A stretch of 54,612 nt of DNA from a virus (IMGVR_UViG_3300020474_000018:1-54612), one strand, 5' to 3'. Counted from the first letter of the stretch, positions 17,989 through 27,862 are shown. The notes: generated by a model not told the origin, from the sequence alone. Translations and numbers: made by a program.

Positions 17989-19133
17989 TGAGTTATGATT
18001 TCAAAGGAGGTTCGCCACTTTCAACAAGACAATCATTCTTAGAAAGAAGAAAGTACAAAGAGAGTGTAGAGGTGCAAGGTATCAACTTTTTAGATACCTT
18101 GTACGAAAAGCCAAACTACGGCTTATTGAATAAGAATTTCGAACCAGTAATAATAAATACAGATGAAAATTTTACAAATTTGTCTTTATTCAGTGACGGG
18201 TTAGCAGGCATATACGGTGCAAGTTTTGTCACAAGGATATTCGAAAATTTCCAAAAAGCCTACGAGTCAACTATTGATCTCTCCAGTCCGGAGGCTATTC
18301 CTTATATTGATATTCTCTCTCCAAAGAAGGCGTACATAAATTTTGACAATCTGTATACAAATTATTTATCATCTATAGTAAATCAGTATGCAAACTTGAC
18401 CTTGACAGAAACAAGATCTTTGCCACATTTTGCTGATGCGCTTTCTAAAATCATAGAGATGAATGTAGAAGATTTTGCAATTACCAAAAGCGGTTTTTTA
18501 CTTTCAAACAATTGTCCATTATCAGTTTCTGGATTAACGATAGATTTAGCAGACCTTGACCCAACGAAGGATGATGCCAAATCCGAAATGTTAAATTCTT
18601 CAGAGTTTAAATGTTATGCAGAACTCGCTTCAGAGTCAGGTTTCTATGTAGATAAAAATGTTCCTTGGCGCCTAATCGCAAACCTTGAATCACCAATAAT
18701 GAGAAATGAGATTTTGAGGTATGCACCGAATTCAACTCCAGAAACAATTCTCGATAAAACATATAGACAAAAAACACACTATGAAGATATTTCTAGTATT
18801 TATTTTTTCTATGTCTCCGTTTACCAAGAAATGCTGAGGATCCTTGGGGTCACGAGACCATATTTGTATAAGCCTGAATTAGGTGATGAGTTCCTTATAT
18901 CAACAACACTAAAAACAAGAATGCTAGAGCTTAACATGGATAAAGAAGATTATAAAGCTCTCAATAAAACAGTTTTAGATCTTCACAGAACCTATTCAGA
19001 CAACTTCATTAACCGGTTCAAACCAGCATCCAGCAAGATGGGCTCAATTTGTTCTGAAAAAATAAAAGAAATTTATCTTGCAAAATTAAAAATTAATAGC
19101 TACAATGAAACAAGACTAAAGGATTATTTGTGA
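17988..19133 (+). CDS. Hypothetical protein, last gene of the tail module
   Basis: 381 aa, translationally coupled (TAATG). Confidence 0.6.
   Translation: MSYDFKGGSPLSTRQSFLERRKYKESVEVQGINFLDTLYEKPNYGLLNKNFEPVIINTDENFTNLSLFSDGLAGIYGASFVTRIFENFQKAYESTIDLSSPEAIPYIDILSPKKAYINFDNLYTNYLSSIVNQYANLTLTETRSLPHFADALSKIIEMNVEDFAITKSGFLLSNNCPLSVSGLTIDLADLDPTKDDAKSEMLNSSEFKCYAELASESGFYVDKNVPWRLIANLESPIMRNEILRYAPNSTPETILDKTYRQKTHYEDISSIYFFYVSVYQEMLRILGVTRPYLYKPELGDEFLISTTLKTRMLELNMDKEDYKALNKTVLDLHRTYSDNFINRFKPASSKMGSICSEKIKEIYLAKLKINSYNETRLKDYL
19078..19106 (+). promoter_or_regulatory. sigma70-like promoter
   Basis: TTGCAA-N17-TACAAT just upstream of the mini-PolA gene. Confidence 0.5.
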
Positions 19134-20260
19134 TATTACAGACGCTGGATATAAAAAACAACTGCAAGGGCATCTTCCACGAAGGAGCTTTTTTATTTCA
19201 AGATTTTGATGAAACATTAAACGAGTACTCGACAGCTTGGAAACATTCGGAGATGCTTGAAGATAAAAACTATCACTATCTTTATTTAACAATAAAGGAA
19301 GATGACCTATCGGCATACTCTCACGACCCAGAGTTATTTACTGTTTATAGAAAAAAGATGGAGGCACACTACAGAGCAGCCACTACAGCGAAAGTTAGCT
19401 TAGAGGAATCATGTTTTTATGATTTATTGCCAGAGCACCAGTTGGTGAAGTGGTTTAGTATGCGCCAACAAGCTTTGGAAAACTTAAATAGAGAATCGAA
19501 AATAGCCGAGGATTATGAGATATTGCACAAGATTCATGTACTCACAACTCTAATAGCAAAACAAGATGTTCAGTTTGGAAGCAAAACAGGCAGGGTGATT
19601 TATGATATTTTTGGATCTGCAACTGGAAGACTGACTACGAAGAAGGGATCAGTTCCGGTTCTAACTTTAAAAAAAGAGCAAAGAGAATTATTGAAACCCC
19701 AAAATGATGCATTCGTAGAACTAGATTTAAACGCGGCAGAAGTCAGAATGCTTATGGCCCTCTCAGGTAAAGAACAACCTCAGGGAGATATCCACGACTG
19801 GGTAGTAAAGAATGTATTCGACAACCAGATAGAGCGCTCTAAAGCAAAAGTAGAGTTATTTGCTTGGCTATATAATCCTTCAAGTTCAAAAAGTCACTTT
19901 GACAAATTTTTTTCGCGGCAAATTTTTCGAGATTTTTACTTTTCTGAAGATGGAGTGCTTACAACCCCTTTTGGTCGAAAGTTACTTGTCGACGAAAGAA
20001 AAGCGCAAAATTACCTATTACAATCCACAACTTCAGACCAGGTTTTAGAAAACGCATACAAAATTCAAAAAATGTTAAAAGGTAAAAAATCTAAAATCGC
20101 ATTTACGCTTCACGATTCGATTATTCTTGACATGTCCCAGGAAGATGCTATAATGTTAAGAGAGATAAAAAGCCAATTTGAACAAACTAAGTGGGGCAGT
20201 TTTATGAGTACTTGTAAAATTGGAAAAAACTTTGGAACTCTTAAGGAAATAAAAATTTGA
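19130..20260 (+). CDS. Truncated family A DNA polymerase (polymerase domain only)
   Basis: ATGRL, motif A ELDLNAAEVR, motif B RSKAKVELFAWLY, TPFGR, NYLLQST, motif C TLHDSII; only 376 aa. Confidence 0.8.
   Translation: MILQTLDIKNNCKGIFHEGAFLFQDFDETLNEYSTAWKHSEMLEDKNYHYLYLTIKEDDLSAYSHDPELFTVYRKKMEAHYRAATTAKVSLEESCFYDLLPEHQLVKWFSMRQQALENLNRESKIAEDYEILHKIHVLTTLIAKQDVQFGSKTGRVIYDIFGSATGRLTTKKGSVPVLTLKKEQRELLKPQNDAFVELDLNAAEVRMLMALSGKEQPQGDIHDWVVKNVFDNQIERSKAKVELFAWLYNPSSSKSHFDKFFSRQIFRDFYFSEDGVLTTPFGRKLLVDERKAQNYLLQSTTSDQVLENAYKIQKMLKGKKSKIAFTLHDSIILDMSQEDAIMLREIKSQFEQTKWGSFMSTCKIGKNFGTLKEIKI
20127..20154 (+). promoter_or_regulatory. sigma70-like promoter inside the polA-like gene
   Basis: TTGACA-N16-TATAAT with TG extension, about 100 nt before the tubulin-like gene. 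Confidence 0.55.
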
Positions 20261-21111
20261 AGACAATTTTAGGAATAGGTACCGCCGGTTGCAACATAAC
20301 ACAGCAGTTTTCGCAATATCCTGAATACGAGTGTTTTTACGTTTCTAACGAAATTAAAAAAACCTCTAAATTCAAGTTTAACCTGCCAGAACTTGAAGGG
20401 CCAGAGCAGTACGAATCTATGAACATGGAGAAGCTGCACAAGTGGTTGGATAAAATTGATGCTGAATGTACGGTGGTATTGTGCGGAGCATCTGACTCAG
20501 CAGGTATAACACTGAGAGCACTGGAACACTTACACACAAAGGGTGTAAAAATGGAAATAATCTATATAACACCAGAATTAGAAGTACTTTCAGAGATCAA
20601 AATTTTGCACGAAAGGTCTGTCAGGGGGGTCTTACAAAATTTTGCAAGATCAGGCCTTTTTGAGACTATATCCATGGTCTCAAATTTAAACTTGGAGGCG
20701 ATCGCTGGGTCGACGAACGTTTTTGATTATTATAATCAAATAAACCAAGTGCTCACAAGTACCCATTATATGATAGATGTGTTTAAAAACACAAAACCGA
20801 TTACTTCAACTTTTAAAAAGCAGAAGGACTCATGTAGGGTTAAGACAATTGGTATCTCGTCTATCGAGGGAGAAGAGAAGTTATTTTTTCCTTTCAATCA
20901 AGAGGTAGAAGTGGTATACTATTATGGTATCAACGAAGAAAAACTAAAAACAGAAGAAAACCTGTTTAGAACCATTACAGATAAAGTAAAATCTAAAATA
21001 ACGGAAGAAAGAAAAGTGTCGTTTGGAATATATCCAACACAGTATGATAGCGATTATATTTATGTCGAATATTTTTCTCCAAAAATCCAAGAATTAAAAG
21101 AGGAAGCATGA
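20257..21111 (+). CDS. Divergent tubulin/FtsZ-family protein
   Basis: ILGIGTAGCNI N-terminal loop; VVLCGASDSAG at the GGGTG(S/T)G position; MVSN and NQIN motifs. Confidence 0.6.
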   Translation: MKTILGIGTAGCNITQQFSQYPEYECFYVSNEIKKTSKFKFNLPELEGPEQYESMNMEKLHKWLDKIDAECTVVLCGASDSAGITLRALEHLHTKGVKMEIIYITPELEVLSEIKILHERSVRGVLQNFARSGLFETISMVSNLNLEAIAGSTNVFDYYNQINQVLTSTHYMIDVFKNTKPITSTFKKQKDSCRVKTIGISSIEGEEKLFFPFNQEVEVVYYYGINEEKLKTEENLFRTITDKVKSKITEERKVSFGIYPTQYDSDYIYVEYFSPKIQELKEEA

Positions 21112-21974
21112 CAATTAAAATTTTGAACCAAGAGGGTTTGGACTTCTTGAAGACGGTAGAATCAAACTCTGTTGACTTGATTTTGACCGATCCACCATAT
21201 ATTACATCACAAGACTCTGGGATGGACCGATGGGTCGACCACGTAAAAAAGCAAAAAGAGCCCGGATCTAAAAATATAAAAACACAGGAACAGTGGAACC
21301 GCTTCAACGAGAAAAAGAATTGGGATAAGTTTTTTGAAAACAGCGATATAACAAACCGAGGCCTTGCAAAAGACAGGATGAAACAAGATTATCTAAAATA
21401 CGGTTCCATCTACGGTACAAAATACGCAGTTCAAACTGATTTCGGTGATTGGGACGCAAATTTTGATTTAGAGACACTGGATAAGTTCGTGAAAGAATTT
21501 TACAGAGTACTTCGCAAGGGAGGTACTGCAATCATCTTTTTTGATATTTGGAAACTGTCAGATCTCAAATCTATCTATGAATCAGCAAAATTTAAGCAGT
21601 TGAGATTCTTAGAATGGATAAAAACAAACCCACAACCGAGAAACAGTAACGTAAACTATTTGACCAACTGCAGAGAGGTTGCAGTTTCTGCAGTCAAAGG
21701 GGGTAAACCAACCTTCAACAGTAAGTATGATAACGGTATTTATCAGTACCCTCTTTACACAGGAAAAGACAGGTTTCACCCGACTCAAAAAAGTCTTGTG
21801 ATGTTTGAAGAGCTTGTCAAAAAACACTCCAACCCTGGAGACTTGATTCTAGACCCATTCTTAGGCTCTGGAACAACAGCACTCGCAGCAAAAAATCTTA
21901 ATAGGGATTTTACTGGTTGCGAAATGGATAAAGACTTTTTTCAAAAAAGTCTTGACAGATTAGAAAAAAAATAG
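21108..21974 (+). CDS. DNA N6-adenine/N4-cytosine methyltransferase (beta class)
   Basis: DLILTDPPY precedes HPTQK and LDPFLGSGTT. Confidence 0.93.
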   Translation: MTIKILNQEGLDFLKTVESNSVDLILTDPPYITSQDSGMDRWVDHVKKQKEPGSKNIKTQEQWNRFNEKKNWDKFFENSDITNRGLAKDRMKQDYLKYGSIYGTKYAVQTDFGDWDANFDLETLDKFVKEFYRVLRKGGTAIIFFDIWKLSDLKSIYESAKFKQLRFLEWIKTNPQPRNSNVNYLTNCREVAVSAVKGGKPTFNSKYDNGIYQYPLYTGKDRFHPTQKSLVMFEELVKKHSNPGDLILDPFLGSGTTALAAKNLNRDFTGCEMDKDFFQKSLDRLEKK

Positions 21975-21980
21975 TAATAT
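21952..21980 (+). promoter_or_regulatory. sigma70-like promoter
   Basis: TTGACA-N17-TAATAT. Confidence 0.6.
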
Positions 21981-22004
21981 ATAAACATAAAAAAAGGATG
22001 AAAA

Positions 22005-23453
22005 ATGAGAGCAGATAAATATGACTCAAGAGAAGGGTACGTTAGCCTTTTTCGAATTAAAAGGCTTTTCGAGAAGGTTTTCCTAGATGGATCTTTCCAA
22101 AGATGGGGGGGAATCTACAGGGGCTCTGGCTGGGATAATACTACAGCAAGAAAGTACTTAAGAAACCTGGTAGATTCAGCTGTTTTTAACTATGTCATGG
22201 TCGCCCGGGTCGATGATTGCCTTCGATACGCGATCGAACAGCAGCACCAAGAATCAATTGATTATTTTACAAAAATTGCCTCAATGGTTGACAAAGAAGG
22301 AAATCGACTCTATGATGCAATTAGTATTGACGGTAACAATACTTCCAGCGTTGTTTACGGTTTTTTAACAGATCATGAAGAGATGTATCTGCACGAAAAG
22401 ACTCCCTCTGGAAGAGTGAAGAAAAAGTATTTCAAGGACCTAACTTTAGAACAACAGGAAGAAATACAACACATCGAGAAATTACAACTCATAGAACTTA
22501 GAAGGATCTTGGTTACTGATATGTGTGACTTGTTCAGAGAATTGAACCGTTCAACTAAATTGAATGACCAAGAACACAGACAGGCTACATATACAGAATT
22601 GTCTGAACTGATCCGTTTTCTGGGCCTTGAGTATAAGGATTTGTTTTTAAACTTTGTTCTCAAAGATGCATCCGCACTTGACAAAAGGAAACATGAAGAA
22701 ATGATTGCTCAACTTTGCCTAAAGGTGGAGAACAATTATTCTTGTTCCATAAAGAAAAACAACTTAGATAACTTTTATGAAGAAAGATCAACTCTGTCGA
22801 AAGCTGTGTATAATAGGGTAGAAACAATACTCTGCACCGCACTTAAAGCCAGTGGTTCTACACCACTAGCCAAGAAGTTGACTAGAGGCACCCTCTTCAA
22901 TTTTTTCGATGCAATTTGTATAGCACTGGATACCGGACATAAGATTTCAAAACCTGAAGAGTTCTTTGTGTGGTTTTTGGAGATGGACGCCACCTTCAGA
23001 GCAAAGTCTAGGACGATTATAGAAGCTGACCGCGAGGAAAAGTCTTACGCTTACTGGACAAAGTTCTATTACAATCACGCTAATCAGAATAAAATTAGAA
23101 CCGCGGCCAGATTGCGCCTCTTAGAAAGTAAAGAAGACCTTGCAGCAAAGGGTATCATTACAAAAGAAAGACCTCATACTGAAAGATTTTCAGACGAGGA
23201 CAAAAGAATCCTTTGGTATCTCCAGAAAGGTAAAACTAGAGAAGGAGAAACGATCGATATTCTAGATCTTTACAGGACCAGAAAGTATGAGGCGGATCAT
23301 GTCCAAAGCATCAAGGATGGCGGAAAAACTACAATTTCTAATGGAGAATTGATGAGAAAAGAGGCAAATCGATCAAAAGGGGCAAAATCTTCAGAGCCTG
23401 CTTTTACTTATCAAAAACAAGAAAACATGCTTGACATTCCACAAGCACTATAG
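22005..23453 (+). CDS. DUF262 (ParB-like) plus C-terminal HNH protein, GmrSD-like
   Basis: FQR...W, SIDGNN, FRELN...LN.QE; C-terminal EADHV....GGKT...NG.......NRSKG. Confidence 0.7.
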   Translation: MRADKYDSREGYVSLFRIKRLFEKVFLDGSFQRWGGIYRGSGWDNTTARKYLRNLVDSAVFNYVMVARVDDCLRYAIEQQHQESIDYFTKIASMVDKEGNRLYDAISIDGNNTSSVVYGFLTDHEEMYLHEKTPSGRVKKKYFKDLTLEQQEEIQHIEKLQLIELRRILVTDMCDLFRELNRSTKLNDQEHRQATYTELSELIRFLGLEYKDLFLNFVLKDASALDKRKHEEMIAQLCLKVENNYSCSIKKNNLDNFYEERSTLSKAVYNRVETILCTALKASGSTPLAKKLTRGTLFNFFDAICIALDTGHKISKPEEFFVWFLEMDATFRAKSRTIIEADREEKSYAYWTKFYYNHANQNKIRTAARLRLLESKEDLAAKGIITKERPHTERFSDEDKRILWYLQKGKTREGETIDILDLYRTRKYEADHVQSIKDGGKTTISNGELMRKEANRSKGAKSSEPAFTYQKQENMLDIPQAL

Positions 23454-23459
23454 TATTAT
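23431..23459 (+). promoter_or_regulatory. sigma70-like promoter for SSB-recA
   Basis: TTGACA-N17-TATTAT. Confidence 0.65.
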
Positions 23460-23546
23460 AAGAATATGAGTTGGTCAGGATATTTGCTGACCTGCTATAG
23501 CCTAGAATGTGCAAAAAAACAACAATACCATAAGGAGGTAATAATA

Positions 23547-24296
23547 ATGGCACTTAATTTAGACGCGATGAAAGCGAAGTTAGATAAACTTAATGGCAAG
23601 GGTGACGGAAAGAAGAACTTCTGGCGCCCCGAAGATGGAGAGAGCAATATTCGTATTGTTTCTACTCCGGATGGAGATCCTTTTAAGGAAAAGTTTTTTC
23701 ATTATGGAATCGGAGGACAATCTTTCCTTTGTCCGAAGAGAAATTTTGGAGACGACTGTCCAGCGTGTAATTTCGCTAACCAGTTGTGGAATGAGGGTAC
23801 TGAGGAGAGCAAGCGACAAGCTAAAGATATGTTTGCAAAACAGCGCTTTTTCTCGCCTGTCCTCGTTCGAGGAGAAGAGGCAGAAGGTATCCGAGTGTGG
23901 GGATATGGTAAGATGGCCTATGAAAAGCTTCTTACGATTGTCCTTGACCCTGACTATGGAGACATTACAGATCCAGAGACAGGAAACGATTTGAAATTAA
24001 TGTATGGCAAACTGCCAGGAGCTAGTTTCCCTCGCACCGACATTCGTCCACGTCCACGTAAGACTGTGCTTTGTGACGAAGCCGTCGGCGGCGACGAGCG
24101 CTGCGCAGAATTGTTGGAAACAATTCCAAACTTTGATGAAATTTTTGAAAGAAAAACAACAGAAGAAGTCCAGTCGATCATGGACCAGCACCTTGCAGGA
24201 GAGACAGGAAAAACAGAAGTTGAAAAGTTTGGAAAACCTTCAAACAACGACTCAGACTCCGTTGAAGCTGCATTTAATGATCTTTTGAATCAGTAG
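23547..24296 (+). CDS. Single-stranded DNA-binding protein (T4 gp32-like)
   Basis: AAGGAGG RBS before ATG 23547; FWRP, H...C......CPAC Zn site, DITDPETG and acidic tail AFNDLLNQ. Confidence 0.8.
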   Translation: MALNLDAMKAKLDKLNGKGDGKKNFWRPEDGESNIRIVSTPDGDPFKEKFFHYGIGGQSFLCPKRNFGDDCPACNFANQLWNEGTEESKRQAKDMFAKQRFFSPVLVRGEEAEGIRVWGYGKMAYEKLLTIVLDPDYGDITDPETGNDLKLMYGKLPGASFPRTDIRPRPRKTVLCDEAVGGDERCAELLETIPNFDEIFERKTTEEVQSIMDQHLAGETGKTEVEKFGKPSNNDSDSVEAAFNDLLNQ

Positions 24297-24302
24297 GTAG
24301 AA

Positions 24303-25430
24303 ATGGCAAAGATATCAAAACTTAAAAAAGGTGCACTAGATATTGCCTCAATTCGAGGTATTATCAATAAGAAAGCCGGACGGGAAGTCGCACATTCACT
24401 TCAGGACAATAACCCTACAGAAGTAAATGAGTGGATTCCAACCGGCTCAAGGTGGCTTGATGCCATCATTTGCAAGGGTAGACCCGCGGGCATCCCTGTC
24501 GGCAAAATCTCGGAGATCGCAGGCCTCCCAGGCACTGGTAAGTCATTCTTGGCTGCTCAGATTGCTGGAAATGCTCAAAAGATGGGTATTGATGTAGTAT
24601 ACTTCGATTCAGAGTCTGCTATTGACCCTTCGTTTATGGAGCGCGCTGGCTGTGATCTAGACAGACTTATGTATGTTCAAGCAGCGTCTGTTGAGTTTGT
24701 CCTGGAAACTATTGAAGAGTTACTAGCCACTGGTAATAAATGGCTTTTCATTTGGGATTCTCTAGCCCTTACTCCGTCGATTTCTGATGTTGAAGGAGAC
24801 TTCAACCCTCAGTCATCCATGGCTGTAAAGCCAAGAATCCTGGCTAAGGGAATGTCTAAATTAACTATCCCCATTGCTGATGCGAACGCTACCTTTTTAG
24901 TCCTCAACCAACTGAAGACTAACCTAGGGGCAAGAACACCAGCACAAGCTATGACTGAACCATACACAACCCCAGGAGGAAAGGCTATGATCTATGCCTA
25001 TTCTCTTCGTGTGTGGCTGACTGCAAGAAAAGCTAAAGCTAGTTTCATCGTTGATGACAATGGTTTCCGCATTGGATCTGAAGTAAAGGTAAAGCTGGAA
25101 AAGTCTCGTTTCGGAACCCACGGCCGAACCTGTAACTTCAAGATCCTATGGGGCGACGATGCCGTCGGTGTCCAAGACGAAGAAAGCTGGTTCGATGCAA
25201 TTCAAATCTCTGAAAGACTTGAGCAATCTGGCGCATGGTTTACGTTAATTCACAATGATGGCTCTAAGGAAAAGTTCCAGCGCAAACAATGGGTCACTAA
25301 ACTTGAGAGTGAAAAATTTAGAGAAAGTGTCTTGACTATTATTGAAGAAGATGTTATTATGAAGTTCAAGAATAGAGAAGGCAAAGCAGACGATTTCTAT
25401 GATGCGGACGAAGGTCCGCCAGTAGAATAG
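24303..25430 (+). CDS. recA: RecA/UvsX recombinase
   Basis: IPTGS, Walker A GLPGTGKS, FDSE, WDS, LNQL and TPGGKA motifs. Confidence 0.93.
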   Translation: MAKISKLKKGALDIASIRGIINKKAGREVAHSLQDNNPTEVNEWIPTGSRWLDAIICKGRPAGIPVGKISEIAGLPGTGKSFLAAQIAGNAQKMGIDVVYFDSESAIDPSFMERAGCDLDRLMYVQAASVEFVLETIEELLATGNKWLFIWDSLALTPSISDVEGDFNPQSSMAVKPRILAKGMSKLTIPIADANATFLVLNQLKTNLGARTPAQAMTEPYTTPGGKAMIYAYSLRVWLTARKAKASFIVDDNGFRIGSEVKVKLEKSRFGTHGRTCNFKILWGDDAVGVQDEESWFDAIQISERLEQSGAWFTLIHNDGSKEKFQRKQWVTKLESEKFRESVLTIIEEDVIMKFKNREGKADDFYDADEGPPVE

Positions 25431-25440
25431 TAACAATGAC

Positions 25441-25468
25441 AGCCCGCCTCTTTCGGCGGGCTTTTTTT
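25441..25468 (+). terminator. Rho-independent terminator
   Basis: AGCCCGCC-TCTTTC-GGCGGGCT followed by a T run. Confidence 0.88.
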
Positions 25469-25482
25469 ATGGAGAATATAAA

Positions 25483-26445
25483 ATGAACAGAATGATGATA
25501 GTAGACGCTTATAACCAGTTTATCCGCGGTTACATAGTAGACCCTAGCAAAAACCCAAACGGATCCCCTATCGGCGGTATGAGGACATTTATTAACATTT
25601 TGAATAAGCTCACAAGAGAGATTAAGCCAGATCTGATAGTTTTGGTTTGGGACGGCAAAGGTGGTAGCAAAAAAAGACGATCTATGAACAAAAACTATAA
25701 AGGTGGAAGGAAGCCTCCTCGAACAAATTGGTCTCAAGTTGGAATGGATCATGATGAGATTGTGGACAATAAAGTCTGGCAGCAAATGAGAGTGATTGAA
25801 TATTTTAATCAAACTCCTGTCATTCAATTCATGGAAAATTTAGTAGAGGCAGACGACGTGATTTCGTATATCAAAAACAAGCCCACATTTAAAAAATGGC
25901 AAAAAGTAATTGTATCAGCAGACAAGGACTTTATTCAACTACTTGATGAATTTACAGTGCTACATCGACCTATTCAAAAAGAGTACTTAAATAAGAACAA
26001 TGTTGTAGAGAAATTTAGGATCCACCCAACAAATTTTGCCCTCGCCCGCGCCATTGTTGGAGATAGTTCGGATAACTTACCTGGAGTGCCCAGGGTTGGA
26101 CTTGAAACAGTTGCAAAAAGATTTCCCTTTCTAAAAGAAGATACAACATACTACTTAGATAGTATTCTTGAAGAATGCAAGGACCCTAACAATAAACAAA
26201 AAGTTTATAAAAATATTTTAGAGTCAAAGGAGTTAATCGAAAACAATTATGATATTATGCAATTATCCTCTCCCATGTTATCTATTCAAGCTAAACAAGG
26301 GATCGACGATACGTTTGAGCACTATAAGCCACACTACAATCAAACGGAAATGAGAAAAAAGATGCTCAAAGATGGAGTATTGACAGTAGCAACAACTGAT
26401 TTAGAGCAAAGATTTAACAATATTATCACTTCCTTTTCACAGTAA
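25483..26445 (+). CDS. 5'-3' exonuclease/flap endonuclease (Pol I N-terminal domain, T4 RNase H-like)
   Basis: IVDAYN, VWDG, YKGGR, EADDVI, SADKDFIQL and GDSSDNLPGV. Confidence 0.93.
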   Translation: MNRMMIVDAYNQFIRGYIVDPSKNPNGSPIGGMRTFINILNKLTREIKPDLIVLVWDGKGGSKKRRSMNKNYKGGRKPPRTNWSQVGMDHDEIVDNKVWQQMRVIEYFNQTPVIQFMENLVEADDVISYIKNKPTFKKWQKVIVSADKDFIQLLDEFTVLHRPIQKEYLNKNNVVEKFRIHPTNFALARAIVGDSSDNLPGVPRVGLETVAKRFPFLKEDTTYYLDSILEECKDPNNKQKVYKNILESKELIENNYDIMQLSSPMLSIQAKQGIDDTFEHYKPHYNQTEMRKKMLKDGVLTVATTDLEQRFNNIITSFSQ

Positions 26446-26482
26446 TTTGTGTTACAGTAGTATAAATATTTAAGGAACAGCA

Positions 26483-27862
26483 ATGGAGCAAGAAAACAAA
26501 AGCTTCTCAAAATTTGGAAAAAGCTTTCAGGAAGATCTGTGTCATATGATCCTGAACGATCGAACGTTTGCTGACCAAATGTTTGAAGTTTTAGATTTGA
26601 ATTTTTTAGAATTAAAACATTTGAGAGTTTTTGTTAAAAAAATTGAGGAGTATCGAAACAAATATGGAGTCCACCCCACACCTAATATCATGCATTCCAT
26701 CATTCGAACAGGTTTGGATGGCGAAGCAGAATCAGTCAAAGTTAGAATTAGGGAATACTATGCCCGGGTTTTGGCAAATGGAGAAATCCCCGACGGTGCG
26801 GACTTTATTAAAGATACGGCACTGGATTTTTGCAAAAAGCAAAAACTTAAAGAGGCATTAATTAAATCAGTAGAGCTTATTAAATCTTCATCTTTTGATG
26901 AGGTGTCAAAAGTTATCGATAATGCTCTAAAACTAGGATCGGATAATACATTGGGATATGACTATCTTGCAGACTTTGAAGCTCGCTTTGTTAAAAAATC
27001 TCGTGACCCCATTACGACGGGCTGGCACGACGTTGATGACATTTCTAAGGGAGGTCTTGGGAAAGGGGAGCTTGGTGTTGTTGTTGCTCCTACTGGTGCT
27101 GGGAAATCAATGGTACTTGTACATCTCGGGGCAGCGGCCCTCAAGGCCGGGAAAAATGTACTACACTACACACTGGAACTTGCTGATACTGTTGTTGCTG
27201 GTCGCTATGATGCTGCTATTACTGGTGTTGAACTAAAAAACCTGGTGGTGTTTAAGGAGAAGATATATGACGAAATCAGAGAGGTTGAGGGAAAGTTAAT
27301 AGTCAAAGAATATCCCACAAGAAGCGCCAGTATCCAGACAATTAAAAATCACGTTGAGAAGCTAAAAAGGCGTAATTTTAATCCGGATATGATCATTGTG
27401 GATTACGGAGATCTAATTCGACCAGAAAATAGTAGAAAAGATGAGAAAAGGCACCAACTCGAAACTATTTACGAAGAGCTTAGAGGAATAGCTCAAATTT
27501 GTGAGTGTCCACTCTGGACTGCATCGCAAACTAACAGGTCTGGGTTGAACGCAGAAGTGATCACAATGGAGTCAATCTCCGAGGCGTTCAACAAATGTTT
27601 TGTAGCAGATTTTATATTCACGGTGTCGAGAACCGTGGAAGATAAGAATACTAACCAGGGACGTATCTTTATTGCAAAGAACCGTAACGGCCCAGATGGA
27701 TTGGTGTATCCTCTGTTCATGGACACAAGCAACGTGAAAATTAAAGTCTTGCCAAAAACGGGTGAGACTGCCAATGATATTATCCAGAAATCTTCTGCTG
27801 AAAGGTTAGCAAACCTGAAAGAGAAGTACAAGGTTTTCAAGAAAGAAGGAGGAAAAAATTAA
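26483..27862 (+). CDS. Replicative helicase (DnaB/T4 gp41 family)
   Basis: Walker A APTGAGKS, TLEL, IIVDYGD, TASQTNR and KNRNG. Confidence 0.92.
   Translation: MEQENKSFSKFGKSFQEDLCHMILNDRTFADQMFEVLDLNFLELKHLRVFVKKIEEYRNKYGVHPTPNIMHSIIRTGLDGEAESVKVRIREYYARVLANGEIPDGADFIKDTALDFCKKQKLKEALIKSVELIKSSSFDEVSKVIDNALKLGSDNTLGYDYLADFEARFVKKSRDPITTGWHDVDDISKGGLGKGELGVVVAPTGAGKSMVLVHLGAAALKAGKNVLHYTLELADTVVAGRYDAAITGVELKNLVVFKEKIYDEIREVEGKLIVKEYPTRSASIQTIKNHVEKLKRRNFNPDMIIVDYGDLIRPENSRKDEKRHQLETIYEELRGIAQICECPLWTASQTNRSGLNAEVITMESISEAFNKCFVADFIFTVSRTVEDKNTNQGRIFIAKNRNGPDGLVYPLFMDTSNVKIKVLPKTGETANDIIQKSSAERLANLKEKYKVFKKEGGKN

Noticed and set aside
7974-19133. Extracellular contractile injection system or tailocin rather than a phage
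   Set aside because: Neck genes and a full replication module are contiguous with the tail genes
20257-21111. Evidence for a nucleus-forming (chimallin) jumbo phage
   Set aside because: A tubulin-like gene alone is insufficient; no chimallin or multisubunit RNA polymerase gene is recognisable here, and the sigma70-type promoters imply use of host RNAP
26461-26468. T4 late promoter TATAAATA before the helicase gene
   Set aside because: Isolated intergenic occurrence before a replication gene in AT-rich DNA; structural genes use a different motif
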